Notes: a model not told the origin generated them from the sequence alone. A stretch of DNA of 64,000 nt from Candidatus Eiseniibacteriota bacterium (GCA_036505355.1 DASXTP010000085.1:1463-65462); one strand, 5' to 3'. Positions 27,185 to 35,714 are shown, counted from the stretch's first letter. Translations and numbers: made by a program.

Positions 27185-27199
27185 TGGCACGATCGCTGC
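27185..27199 (+). promoter_or_regulatory. candidate sigma-54 promoter upstream of the Cyc2-like gene
   Basis: TGGCACG-ATCG-CTGCC has exact GG-N10-GC spacing and follows the same TGGCACG-N4-NTGCC pattern as 22576-22590. It ends 43 nt upstream of the ATG at 27242. Confidence 0.6.
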
Positions 27200-27241
27200 C
27201 CTTTCAGGCGGTTGCCGTCCCACGCGAAAGGAGGATCCCAG

Positions 27242-28519
27242 ATGAGGGCCACACGTGTCGCCGCCGTAGCACTCGTCGGCTCGGTCACCGTGGTGCTGAT
27301 CTACGGCACCGCCTTCAACATGCCGATGTTCACGCGCAAGTACGATCTGGAATGCGGGTCCTGCCACCTGGTGATTCCCAAGCTGACCGAGATGGGGTTG
27401 AACTTCCGCGCCGCCGGGTTCCGGCTGCCCGACGACATCGGGGCGGAGGACAAGGAGGTCAACAACGTCAGCACCCAGATGTCGACGCGCCTTCAGACCC
27501 GCTACGACGCGGCGCGCACGGACAACGCCGGCGTCAAGTCCGACAAGAGCCAGTTCACCTTTCACGAAGTGACCTTCTACCCGCTCACCGGCGCCTTCGC
27601 CCGCAACTACTCGTCGCTGTTCGAGCTGTCGATCGGGCCCGAGGAGCCGGTCGAGATCGAGAACGCTTATGTCCGCGGCGATTGGAAGGCGGGCCAGGGA
27701 TTCGCGTCCGCGCGGGTCGGGGTCTTCCACCCGTTCGAGGGCTTCGGGGCCTCGGATCGCCCGACGTCTCTGAGCCGGCCGCTGTTCCAGACCACGTCGG
27801 CCAACTTCAACCAGAAGACGTTCTTCACACCGTGGGGGTTCGACGAGTCGGGGGTGGAGCTGGGCTATACCATGAACCGCACCTCGGTCCGCGCCACGCT
27901 GTTCAACGGGCTCACCTTCGATCCGGAGGAGGGAATCGCGCATCCCGCACAGACCGGATCCGGCGGCAACGCCTTCGCCAAGGACCCCAACCGGCCCGAC
28001 TTCCACAACGTGGACGTGCAGCTCTTCGCCAACCAGATCCTGAGCCCGAACGGCGGCGGCGTGTCGCTCTTCTATTACAAGGGAGCTCTCGCCTTGCCGG
28101 TGGACAACGATCCCGACGCCCTGCTCGGCTACTTCCAGAACGACTTCTACCGCGCGGCGGCGTACGCCTCGTACCCGGTGGTGAGCCGGCTGATCCTGAT
28201 GGCCGGCGGGCAGACCGGTCAGGACGAGACCTACACGTCGGCCGGCGGCTTCGGCCCCAAGTCCACCAGCCAAGGCGCCTTCGGCGAGGCCGACGTGGAC
28301 TTGAGCAAGAACTACTGGCTGGCGGGGCGCTACGACTGGTTCGATCCCACCGACGAGAAGGACGACAACGAGATCCAGGCGATCACCGTGGCGCTCAACA
28401 AGCCGTTCAACAACGGCCTGCAGTTCATCTCGGAGTACCAGCACAAGCAGACCAAGCAGGGCACCAGCGCCGACAAGAAGGACGATGCCTTCCAGACCCG
28501 ATTGATCTGGATCTGGTGA
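27242..28519 (+). CDS. fused monoheme c-type cytochrome / outer-membrane beta-barrel protein (Cyc2-like architecture)
   Basis: The ATG at 27242 is preceded by GAAAGGAGGA. The protein is 425 aa with an N-terminal hydrophobic signal. A single CXXCH (CGSCH, nt 27353-27367) sits in the context PMFTRKYDLECGSCHLVIPKLTEMG. The remaining ~380 aa are rich in Gly, aromatic and polar residues with a beta-strand-like alternation, ending ...FQTRLIWIW (aromatic terminus as in OM barrels). The call is architecture-level only; I could not verify homology to Cyc2. Confidence 0.6.
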   Translation: MRATRVAAVALVGSVTVVLIYGTAFNMPMFTRKYDLECGSCHLVIPKLTEMGLNFRAAGFRLPDDIGAEDKEVNNVSTQMSTRLQTRYDAARTDNAGVKSDKSQFTFHEVTFYPLTGAFARNYSSLFELSIGPEEPVEIENAYVRGDWKAGQGFASARVGVFHPFEGFGASDRPTSLSRPLFQTTSANFNQKTFFTPWGFDESGVELGYTMNRTSVRATLFNGLTFDPEEGIAHPAQTGSGGNAFAKDPNRPDFHNVDVQLFANQILSPNGGGVSLFYYKGALALPVDNDPDALLGYFQNDFYRAAAYASYPVVSRLILMAGGQTGQDETYTSAGGFGPKSTSQGAFGEADVDLSKNYWLAGRYDWFDPTDEKDDNEIQAITVALNKPFNNGLQFISEYQHKQTKQGTSADKKDDAFQTRLIWIW

Positions 28520-28554
28520 GCCGCACCGGCCGAGGAGCCGGCAAGGCGGCGGAT

Positions 28555-28582
28555 GCGGGCGGGGGCCGATGCTCCCGCCCGC
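28555..28582. terminator. GC-rich hairpin between convergent genes (probable bidirectional terminator)
   Basis: GCGGGCGGG-ggccgatgct-CCCGCCCGC forms a perfect 9-bp stem, followed by TTCGTCGTT. It lies between the Cyc2-like stop (28519) and the convergent acyl-CoA synthetase stop (28642). Confidence 0.5.
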
Positions 28583-28641
28583 TTCGTCGTTCCGGGTACG
28601 ACCCAGCCAGCGGCCGGAGGGGCCCGAGGCGAGGCCGCCTC

Positions 28642-30870
28642 TCAGCCCCGTCGCACCGCTACCCGCGCGTCGACCGCCAGGCATCCTCTCCCGGGTGGGA
28701 GCACCTTGAGCGGGTTCAAGTCCATCTCGGCGATCTCGGGGTGCTCACCCACCAGCTGGGAGAGCCTCAGCAGCGTCTCCTCTAGGGCCGCCACGTCGGC
28801 GGGCGGCGCCCCCCGGTATCCCTCGAGCAGCGGATAGCCGCGCACCGAGCGCACCAGCTCGCGGGCTTCCCGGTCGGTCAGCGGCTGGATCCGGAACGCG
28901 ACGTCGCGCAACAGCTCGACGTGTACGCCCCCCATGCCGAACATCAGGATCGGGCCGAAGGACCGGTCGTGGGTGACCCCGACGATGGTCTCGATCCCCT
29001 CGCTCACCATGGGCTGCACCACCACCCCGGCCATCTGATCCCGCAGGCCCCGACTCTGAAGGCGCCGCTCCATCGCCTCGAAGGCCTCGCGCACCTCGTC
29101 CGCGCTCCTGAGATCGAGGGCCACGCCGCCCACGTCGGACTTGTGGAGGATGGTGCCGGAGACCAGCTTCATCGCGACCGGAAAGCCGAGGCGCCGCGCC
29201 GCCTCGACCGCCGCCTCGGCCCGACTCGCCTGAACCGTGGCCGGGGTCGCGATCCGATAGGCGCCCAGCAGCTCGCGCACCTCGTCGACTTCGAGCCACA
29301 CGTTCGCGCCTTCGCGCGCGCGCCCCAGTGCGGCGGAGAGCGCCGCCGCCGCCCGCGCGGCGTCCACGTCCTCGAAGCGCATCACCTTGCCCTCGGGCTC
29401 CGCCAGCCAGCGCCCATAGCGCACCGCCCGCGCCAACGCGATGGCGGCCGACTCCGGGAACGCGTACGAAGGGATGTGGGCCTGGTGCAGCGACCGCAAG
29501 CCCTCCGGCACGCCGTGTGAGCCCATGAAGCACGACAGCACCGGCTTCGCCGGCTCGCCGCGGTCCTCCGCTTCCCGCGCGGCGGCGGACGCTCCCCGCA
29601 CGATGGCCTGCGCCACGTCGAGCGGCGTGGTGACCATGGGCGGCACGTAGATCGCCAGCACCGCGTCGACGCTCGCGTCCCCGGCCACCCGGTGCACCGT
29701 CTTCTCGAACGCTCCGGCGGTGGCCGAAGCGATCATGTCGACCGGGTTGCGCGTGCTCGCCTCGCGGGGCAGGAAGGCGCGGAGCGCGTCCACGGTCGCC
29801 TCGCCCAGGGCCGGGATCTCGAGACCATGGCTCTCGCACGCATCGGAAGCCATGATGCCCGGCCCGCCGGCGTTGGTCACGATCGCGACCCGGTTCCCGC
29901 GGGGCACCGGTTGGTTGGCGAGCAGGATGGCGACATCGAAGAGCTGCTCGATGGTGTCGGTGCGGATCACGCCCGACTGGCGGAACAGCGCGTCCACCGC
30001 CACGTCGGAGCCGGCCAGGGAGCCGGTGTGGGAGGCGGCTGCCCGCACGCCGGCGCGGGTGCGTCCGCTCTTCACCGCGACGATCGGCTTCTTCCTTCCG
30101 ACTCGACGAGCGATCTGCGTGAAGCGCCGAGGGTTCCCGAACGACTCGAGGTACAGCAGGATCACGCCGGTCCCCGGGTCCTGCTCCCAGAACTCGAGCA
30201 GATCGTTGCCCGACACGTCGGCCTTGTTGCCGACGCTGATGAAGTGCGAGACGCCGAGGTTGAGCTCGGCGGCGTATTCGAGGATGGCGAGCCCGAGCGC
30301 TCCACTCTGGGACGAAAAGGCGACCTTGCCCGCGGGCGGATAGACAGGGGCGAACGTGGCATCCATCTGGACGGCGGTCTCGGTGTTGATCACCCCCAGG
30401 CAGTTGGGACCCACGAGCCGCATGCCGAAGCGCTGCGCGCACGCGCGCAGCGCACCCTCGCGCTCGGCGCCCTCGGCGCCGGTCTCCTTGAAACCGGCGC
30501 TGATGACCACCACGGCGCGCACCCCCTTCTCGCCGCATGCCGCGACGACTTCCAGCGCGTGCGCGGCCGGGACCACCACCACGGCCAGGTCCACGGAGCC
30601 GGGCACTTCCCGGATCGACGGATAGGCCAGGACCGACTGGACCACCTGCGCCCTGGGATTCACCGGGTAGACGGGGCCGGCGAAGCCGCGCGACACCAGG
30701 TTGTGAAAGATCTCGGCGCCGATGGTGCCGCGCTCCCGGGAGGCGCCGATGACGGCGATCGAGCGCGGCCGGAACACCGCCAAGAGGCCGTGGTCCGAAG
30801 CGAGGTTCGGCTCGGATTCACGATTCACGGGAGCCAGCAGGTCGCCTACCGCGCCTTCCGATGGGGTCAC
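28642..30870 (-). CDS. ADP-forming acetyl/acyl-CoA synthetase family protein (CoA-binding + succinyl-CoA-ligase-like + ATP-grasp domains)
   Basis: FRPRSIAVIGASRERGTIGAEIF...YPVNP is a CoA-binding motif, and the C-terminal region is ATP-grasp-like. I prefer the GTG start at 30870 because AAAGGAG lies 6 nt upstream; the longest ORF starts at 30903. There is no C-terminal GNAT domain. Confidence 0.85.
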   Translation of the reverse strand: MTPSEGAVGDLLAPVNRESEPNLASDHGLLAVFRPRSIAVIGASRERGTIGAEIFHNLVSRGFAGPVYPVNPRAQVVQSVLAYPSIREVPGSVDLAVVVVPAAHALEVVAACGEKGVRAVVVISAGFKETGAEGAEREGALRACAQRFGMRLVGPNCLGVINTETAVQMDATFAPVYPPAGKVAFSSQSGALGLAILEYAAELNLGVSHFISVGNKADVSGNDLLEFWEQDPGTGVILLYLESFGNPRRFTQIARRVGRKKPIVAVKSGRTRAGVRAAASHTGSLAGSDVAVDALFRQSGVIRTDTIEQLFDVAILLANQPVPRGNRVAIVTNAGGPGIMASDACESHGLEIPALGEATVDALRAFLPREASTRNPVDMIASATAGAFEKTVHRVAGDASVDAVLAIYVPPMVTTPLDVAQAIVRGASAAAREAEDRGEPAKPVLSCFMGSHGVPEGLRSLHQAHIPSYAFPESAAIALARAVRYGRWLAEPEGKVMRFEDVDAARAAAALSAALGRAREGANVWLEVDEVRELLGAYRIATPATVQASRAEAAVEAARRLGFPVAMKLVSGTILHKSDVGGVALDLRSADEVREAFEAMERRLQSRGLRDQMAGVVVQPMVSEGIETIVGVTHDRSFGPILMFGMGGVHVELLRDVAFRIQPLTDREARELVRSVRGYPLLEGYRGAPPADVAALEETLLRLSQLVGEHPEIAEMDLNPLKVLPPGRGCLAVDARVAVRRG

Positions 30871-31289
30871 GATGTGCTCCTTTCGAGGGGGCGGCTCGTC
30901 CACGGCTCTCCGCCACGGGACCGCCGTTCATGCAAGGCGGACGCCAGGGGACCTCCCCGGCCGGCCGAGCCCACCGCGGCCGTGAAGCTCGGGTGGGACG
31001 CCTCGGCGCGCCTTTCGCGATCGCGGCGGGTGACAAGATTGCATGCTCCCCTGACAGACTGGCATCGGAGGGCTGTCCGATGCCCGCCTAGCCGCGGTGC
31101 GATCGATCGTCCCAACCCGCCCCACGGATGGCGGTTGTCGGACCCGTTGCCGCCATCGACGGCGCTGGCACATGGGCTGCGGAGACTGACCCGGGCATCT
31201 CTGCTCCCGTGGCCGGCTCGCGGGGAGTCCGCCCCGCGCCGCCCACTCGATCTCCGGGACGGCCCCGTGCCGTCAACCGGGAGGTGACC

Positions 31290-31787
31290 ATGAAACCCGA
31301 GCGCAACCAAGTGTTCGCGCAAGGCCTGGCAGCGGGGCTGCTCGGCTACGCCACCGTCGCGGTGTTCTTCGCGATCGTCAACTGGTTCACCGGCCGTTCC
31401 GCGTTTCACACCGCGGCGCTGCTCGGCAGTGCGCTGTTCTACGGCCTTCGCGATCCGGCCCAGCTTCTGATCGGGCCCGGCCCGGTCCTGGCGTACAACG
31501 GCGTGCACCTGATCGTCTTCTTGTTCCTGGGAACGGTGGCGGCGTGGCTCGCCGATCTGGCCGAGCGCGGGCCCGAGCTGTGGTACGTGGGAGCGGTGGT
31601 CTTCATCTTCATGGCGTTCCACATGTACGGCTTCTTCCTGATGCTCACCCAGCCGGTGCGCGCGGCCCTCGCCCCCTGGTGGATGTTGGCGGCAGGGGCC
31701 CTCGGCTGCGCCGCCATGGGGGGCTACCTGCTGTGGATCCACCCGCGTATCCGCTCGGAGATCCGTCATTACCCCGAGACGACGTGA
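31290..31787 (+). CDS. hypothetical integral membrane protein
   Basis: Internal ATG at 31290 (MKPERNQVF...) after GGGAGGTG. It has 4-5 predicted hydrophobic helices. The family is not recognised. Confidence 0.6.
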   Translation: MKPERNQVFAQGLAAGLLGYATVAVFFAIVNWFTGRSAFHTAALLGSALFYGLRDPAQLLIGPGPVLAYNGVHLIVFLFLGTVAAWLADLAERGPELWYVGAVVFIFMAFHMYGFFLMLTQPVRAALAPWWMLAAGALGCAAMGGYLLWIHPRIRSEIRHYPETT

Positions 31788-31861
31788 GCTCGATCGCGTC
31801 CGGAGCGGCGGCGGGGGAACCACCTCCGCGGGACGGTCCCCGACCGTCCGCGGGGCTCGTG

Positions 31862-32521
31862 CTACCCTGGCCCGCCCTCGGCGATGGTCTCCCGCAGCCG
31901 CTCGGCAGACGGGATGAGGAAGCGTTTCTGCCCGCTGACGAGCACGCCCTCGCGCCCCCAGCGCGACAGCACGCGGATCGCCGACTCGACGGTGGTGCCC
32001 ACCAGGTCGGCAACCTCCTGGCGCGACAACTCGAGCGGGATCTCGATTCCCTCGTCGGTCTTGCGACCCATGCGATCGGCGAGCGACAGGAACAGCTGTC
32101 CGATCCGCGCGTCGACCCGCTGGCCGCGCATCTCCTCGAGCTTGCGGGTGAGCGCGATGACGAGCTTGGTAAGCTCGCGGATCACGGCGCGCGCGAAGTC
32201 GGGATGACGGTCGAGCAGCTCGAAGTAATCGCGCCGCGGCAAGGTGAGCAGCGTGACCTCCTCGAGGCAGATCGCGCTGGCCGGGTACGGGATATAATTG
32301 TAGACGGCGATTGCGCCCACCGGCTCGCCGGCGCCGAAGATCTCGAGGATCACGTCACCGCTCTCGGCGTGGCGCACGATCTTGACGCGCCCGCGCACGA
32401 TCACCGTCAGGTGCTCGGCCGGATCGCCGGCGCGCCACAAGGACTCGCCGCGCCGATAGTCGCGCAGCGTGGCCAGGGCCACGAGGCGGGCCTGATCGTC
32501 GCGCGAAAGGCCGCGAAACAC
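31862..32521 (-). CDS. Crp/Fnr-family transcriptional regulator
   Basis: 219 aa with an N-terminal cNMP-binding-like beta-roll and a C-terminal HTH (LSRQEVADLVGTTVESAIRVLSRW). No N-terminal Cys cluster is seen, so it is not a classical Fe-S FNR. Confidence 0.88.
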   Translation of the reverse strand: MFRGLSRDDQARLVALATLRDYRRGESLWRAGDPAEHLTVIVRGRVKIVRHAESGDVILEIFGAGEPVGAIAVYNYIPYPASAICLEEVTLLTLPRRDYFELLDRHPDFARAVIRELTKLVIALTRKLEEMRGQRVDARIGQLFLSLADRMGRKTDEGIEIPLELSRQEVADLVGTTVESAIRVLSRWGREGVLVSGQKRFLIPSAERLRETIAEGGPG

Positions 32522-32597
32522 CGGCAGCGACCGGATCGCGGACCGAATCCTCTCCGTGCGGATGTCCTTTCCCAGGACGCGCCTCCAAGGGTGGGCG

Positions 32598-32613
32598 TAT
32601 GACGACGATCATA
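32598..32613. promoter_or_regulatory. candidate Crp/Fnr-family binding site (TGA-N6-TCA palindrome)
   Basis: TATGA-cgacga-TCATA is a perfect 5-bp inverted repeat with a 6-nt spacer. It lies in the divergent region between the crp/fnr gene (start 32521) and the hemerythrin-cytochrome-nosZ operon. Confidence 0.45.
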
Positions 32614-32783
32614 TCCGCTCGGCGGACCTGGGGTGCAACCCGCGGTCCGTCGGGGGGTTCCGGAGCTCGGCGCGGGCGAGAAAAAGGCCCCCGGGGCTGA
32701 CCCCCGTCATGGTCCGGAGGTTCCGCGGCGACGATCCTAATTCCAGGAGCAGGAGAAAAGCGGCTGCGCCCCGGAGGATTCGC

Positions 32784-33311
32784 TTGACCCCGCCGTCGGT
32801 GTTCGGAAACCTGCGCCGCGAGCACCGCATGGTGCTCGCCCGGCTCGCGCGGCTCGAGCGGTCGGTCGCGGGCACCACGTCGCGGGGGCGGGCGCGAGCG
32901 GAAAAGGAGATGGCCCAGGTCGTGCGACTGCTGGAGCGACAGTTCGCCACGCATATGTCGGCCGAGGCGCGCGTGCTGTTCCCCGCCCTCTTGAAGGTGT
33001 TGCCCGAAGCGGGCGCGAGCATCGCGCCGCTCGAGGGTGAGCACGCCGAGCTGCGGAGCATCCTGGCGAGCCTTCGGGCCACCCTGAGGCGGCCCTGGGA
33101 AGAGGGGCGCGACGAACAGATCGCGGTGCTGGCGCGCGATCTGGTGGACTTGCTCCGTATCCACATTCGCAAGGAGGAGTCGGTGATCTTCCGTGTCGCC
33201 GAGCGGGTGCTGCCCGCCCGCGAGGTGGCGCGTCTCGAGGCATGGCGCTCGAGGAAGGCGAAGCGCTCCACTCCAAGGCCCGAATCCGGGCGATCGAAAG
33301 GAGAGCGATGA
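32784..33311 (+). CDS. hemerythrin-domain protein
   Basis: The frame of ORF 32556..33311 carries hemerythrin-like His/Glu motifs (LRREHRMV, FATHMSAEARVLFPAL, LEGEHAELR, HIRKEESVIF). I prefer the TTG start at 32784 because GGAGGA lies 5 nt upstream; alternative starts are 32709 and 32556. The stop overlaps the next gene as ATGA. Confidence 0.65.
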   Translation: MTPPSVFGNLRREHRMVLARLARLERSVAGTTSRGRARAEKEMAQVVRLLERQFATHMSAEARVLFPALLKVLPEAGASIAPLEGEHAELRSILASLRATLRRPWEEGRDEQIAVLARDLVDLLRIHIRKEESVIFRVAERVLPAREVARLEAWRSRKAKRSTPRPESGRSKGER

Positions 33312-33781
33312 AGGCACCTCCCGGGATCTGGCTCGCGGTCCTCGTGACCCTGGTGACGGCCGGTTGCGGTGGCAAGGCCGAGGATGGGGCCGCCGGCACG
33401 TCGAACGGCGGCGGCGGCTCGTCGATGTCGCGGCTCGATGCCGGGCCGCGCGCCGGGGAAGCAGCGGTGGAAGAGGCCCAGGCCAAGCTGGGCGAAGGTC
33501 TGTTCCAAACCAAAGGGTGCTCGGCCTGCCATGGGTTCGGACGCCGCATCTCGTGCCCGGACCTCCAGGGTGTCAGCATGCGCCGCACGGCCTCGTGGAT
33601 GGAGAACCAGATCCTCCATCCGGAGAAGATGACCAAGGAGGATCCGATCGCGCGCCAGTTGTTCGCCCAGTTCTCGCTGCAGATGCCCAACCAAGGGCTC
33701 ACTCCCGAGGAGGCGCGGAACGTCATCGAGTTCTTGAAGCACAAGGACCACGAGTCGGCCGAGGCCCGGAAACCAAGTTAG
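33308..33781 (+). CDS. monoheme c-type cytochrome lipoprotein (nos-cluster associated; probable electron donor to NosZ)
   Basis: MKAPPGIWLAVLVTLVTAGCGG is lipobox-like, and there is a single CXXCH (CSACH) with a downstream Met (SLQMPNQG). It sits immediately upstream of nosZ. Confidence 0.8.
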   Translation: MKAPPGIWLAVLVTLVTAGCGGKAEDGAAGTSNGGGGSSMSRLDAGPRAGEAAVEEAQAKLGEGLFQTKGCSACHGFGRRISCPDLQGVSMRRTASWMENQILHPEKMTKEDPIARQLFAQFSLQMPNQGLTPEEARNVIEFLKHKDHESAEARKPS

Positions 33782-33792
33782 GAGGATTCGCC

Positions 33793-35700
33793 ATGAAACG
33801 CTGGATGATGCTCGGGCTGGTCGGTCTGGCAGGTCTGGGACTGGCCTCGCAACAGCCCGGCTGCGCCGCCACCGGGGGTCGCGCCGGGGGCTCGGCGGCC
33901 CAGAAAGTGTACGTGAAGCCCGGCGACCACGATGCGTACTACGCGTTCCTCTCCGGCGGCCATTCGGGACAAATCTTCGTCTACGGCATGCCGTCCTGCC
34001 GGCACATCACCACCATCCCGGTGTTCACGCCCGAGCCGGCGGTGGGGTACGGGGTCGACGAGGAATCGAAGGCGATGCTCAAGGGCTTCTCCTGGGGCGA
34101 CGCGCACCACCCCGGTCTGTCGGAAACCGATGGGGACTACGACGGGCGGTGGCTCTTCATCAACGACATGCCGAACGCGCGGATCGCCCGCATCGACCTG
34201 AGCGACTTCAAGACCAAGGAGATCTTCGGGCCGATTCCGAACCTCTCGGCGGCGCATGCTTGCCCGTTCCCGACCCCCAACACCGAGTACGTCTTCGCCG
34301 CGTCGCGTTTCTCGGTGCCGGTCCCCAACCGCCCGGCGAAGATCGAGGACTATGCGAAGGACTTCCATGGCATCATCGCCGGGGTCAAGGTGGAGCCCAA
34401 GACCGGGAACATGTCGCTGGGCTTCGAGATCCTGATGCCGCCGTTCGACTGGGACCTCGCCGACGCCGGAAAGGGGCCGAGTCACGGCTGGGAGTTCTTC
34501 ACCTGCTACAACAGTGAGCAGGCCTTCGACTCGCTCGAGGTCAAGGCGTCGCAGAACGAGATGGACTTCATCGCCGCGGTGGATTGGCGTGCGGCCCAGA
34601 GGGCGGTCGACGAGGGCAAGGCCAAGATGATCGGCGGCGCTCCGGTGATCGATCCGAGCCAGGTGCCAGGTATCGTCTACCTCATGCCGGTGGCCAAGAG
34701 CCCGCACGGCGTCGATGTGGACCCGAGCGGCGAGTACATCTGCGCCTCGGGCAAGCTCCAGGCCGAGGTCAGCGTGTTCAGCACCCAGAAGATGCTGTCC
34801 GCGATCGAGGCCAAGAACTTCGACGGTGACCGCGCGGGCATTCCGGTGCTCAAGCACGAGGCCGTGCTCGAGGCCAAGGTGCCGGTCGGCCTGGGGCCGC
34901 TTCACACCCAGTTCGACGGCAAGGGATACGGTTACACGTCCCTGTTCCTCGACTCGCAGATCGCCAAGTGGAAGATCGGGCCGCCCTGGAACGTAGTGGA
35001 CAAGATCGACGTCTATTATTCGATCGGGCACCTGATGGCCTCCGAAGGCGACACCCGGCATCCCACCGGAGAGTACGTGGTTGCGCTCGACAAGCTGTCG
35101 AAGGACCGCTACCTCAACGTCGGGCCGACCAAGCCGGAGGCGGCGCAGCTCATCGACATCCGCGGGCCCAAGATGGAGCTGCTGTACGACTTCCCGACCT
35201 ACCTCGAGCCGCACTACGCGCAGATGATCAAGGCCGAGAAGCTCAAGCCGATCGACGTCTACCCGCTCGGGCAAAATCACAAGCCCGGTGCCATCCAGCG
35301 CGCCGAGGATGCCCGCGTCGAGCGCAAGGGGAACCGCGTGGACGTCTACATGGTGGCGGTGCGCTCGCACTTCACTCCGGACATCGTGCGGGTGAACGAG
35401 GGGGACGACGTCTTCTTCCACGTCACCAACGTCGAGCAGGACAACGACATCGCCCACGGATTCGGGCTGCTGTGGTCGAGCGACAACATGCAGATCGAGC
35501 CGGGCGAGACCAAGACGATGCACTACCAGGCGGAAAAAGCCGGCGTGGTGCCCTTCTACTGCTCGAACTTCTGTAGCGCCCTGCACCAGGAGATGCAAGG
35601 CTACCTGGAAGTGCGCCCGCGGGGCACGCCGGTGGCCGCCGTCCAGCGACCGGACCCGAAGCGCGTGGCTGAAGTCGCGGCCCTGATGCAGCATCGCTAG
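33793..35700 (+). CDS. nosZ: nitrous-oxide reductase, clade II (Sec-type signal peptide)
   Basis: The ATG at 33793 follows AGGAGGA. The sequence carries YYAFLSGGHSGQIFVYGMPSCRHI, DAHHP, beta-propeller CuZ His motifs, and a C-terminal CuA site (FYCSNFCSALHQEMQGY). The signal peptide lacks twin-Arg, and a nosB gene follows, as in clade II clusters. Confidence 0.93.
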   Translation: MKRWMMLGLVGLAGLGLASQQPGCAATGGRAGGSAAQKVYVKPGDHDAYYAFLSGGHSGQIFVYGMPSCRHITTIPVFTPEPAVGYGVDEESKAMLKGFSWGDAHHPGLSETDGDYDGRWLFINDMPNARIARIDLSDFKTKEIFGPIPNLSAAHACPFPTPNTEYVFAASRFSVPVPNRPAKIEDYAKDFHGIIAGVKVEPKTGNMSLGFEILMPPFDWDLADAGKGPSHGWEFFTCYNSEQAFDSLEVKASQNEMDFIAAVDWRAAQRAVDEGKAKMIGGAPVIDPSQVPGIVYLMPVAKSPHGVDVDPSGEYICASGKLQAEVSVFSTQKMLSAIEAKNFDGDRAGIPVLKHEAVLEAKVPVGLGPLHTQFDGKGYGYTSLFLDSQIAKWKIGPPWNVVDKIDVYYSIGHLMASEGDTRHPTGEYVVALDKLSKDRYLNVGPTKPEAAQLIDIRGPKMELLYDFPTYLEPHYAQMIKAEKLKPIDVYPLGQNHKPGAIQRAEDARVERKGNRVDVYMVAVRSHFTPDIVRVNEGDDVFFHVTNVEQDNDIAHGFGLLWSSDNMQIEPGETKTMHYQAEKAGVVPFYCSNFCSALHQEMQGYLEVRPRGTPVAAVQRPDPKRVAEVAALMQHR

Positions 35701-35714
35701 GCCGCTGGGAACTC

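Noticed and set aside
33193-33792. A long N-terminal extension of the nosZ ORF (the track starts it at 33193), and similar extensions on mtrB, nosD, nosF, nnrS, ccoG and others.
   Set aside because: The extensions overlap well-supported upstream genes in another frame and lack signal peptides. Internal starts with an RBS or 4-nt start/stop overlaps give canonical N-termini.
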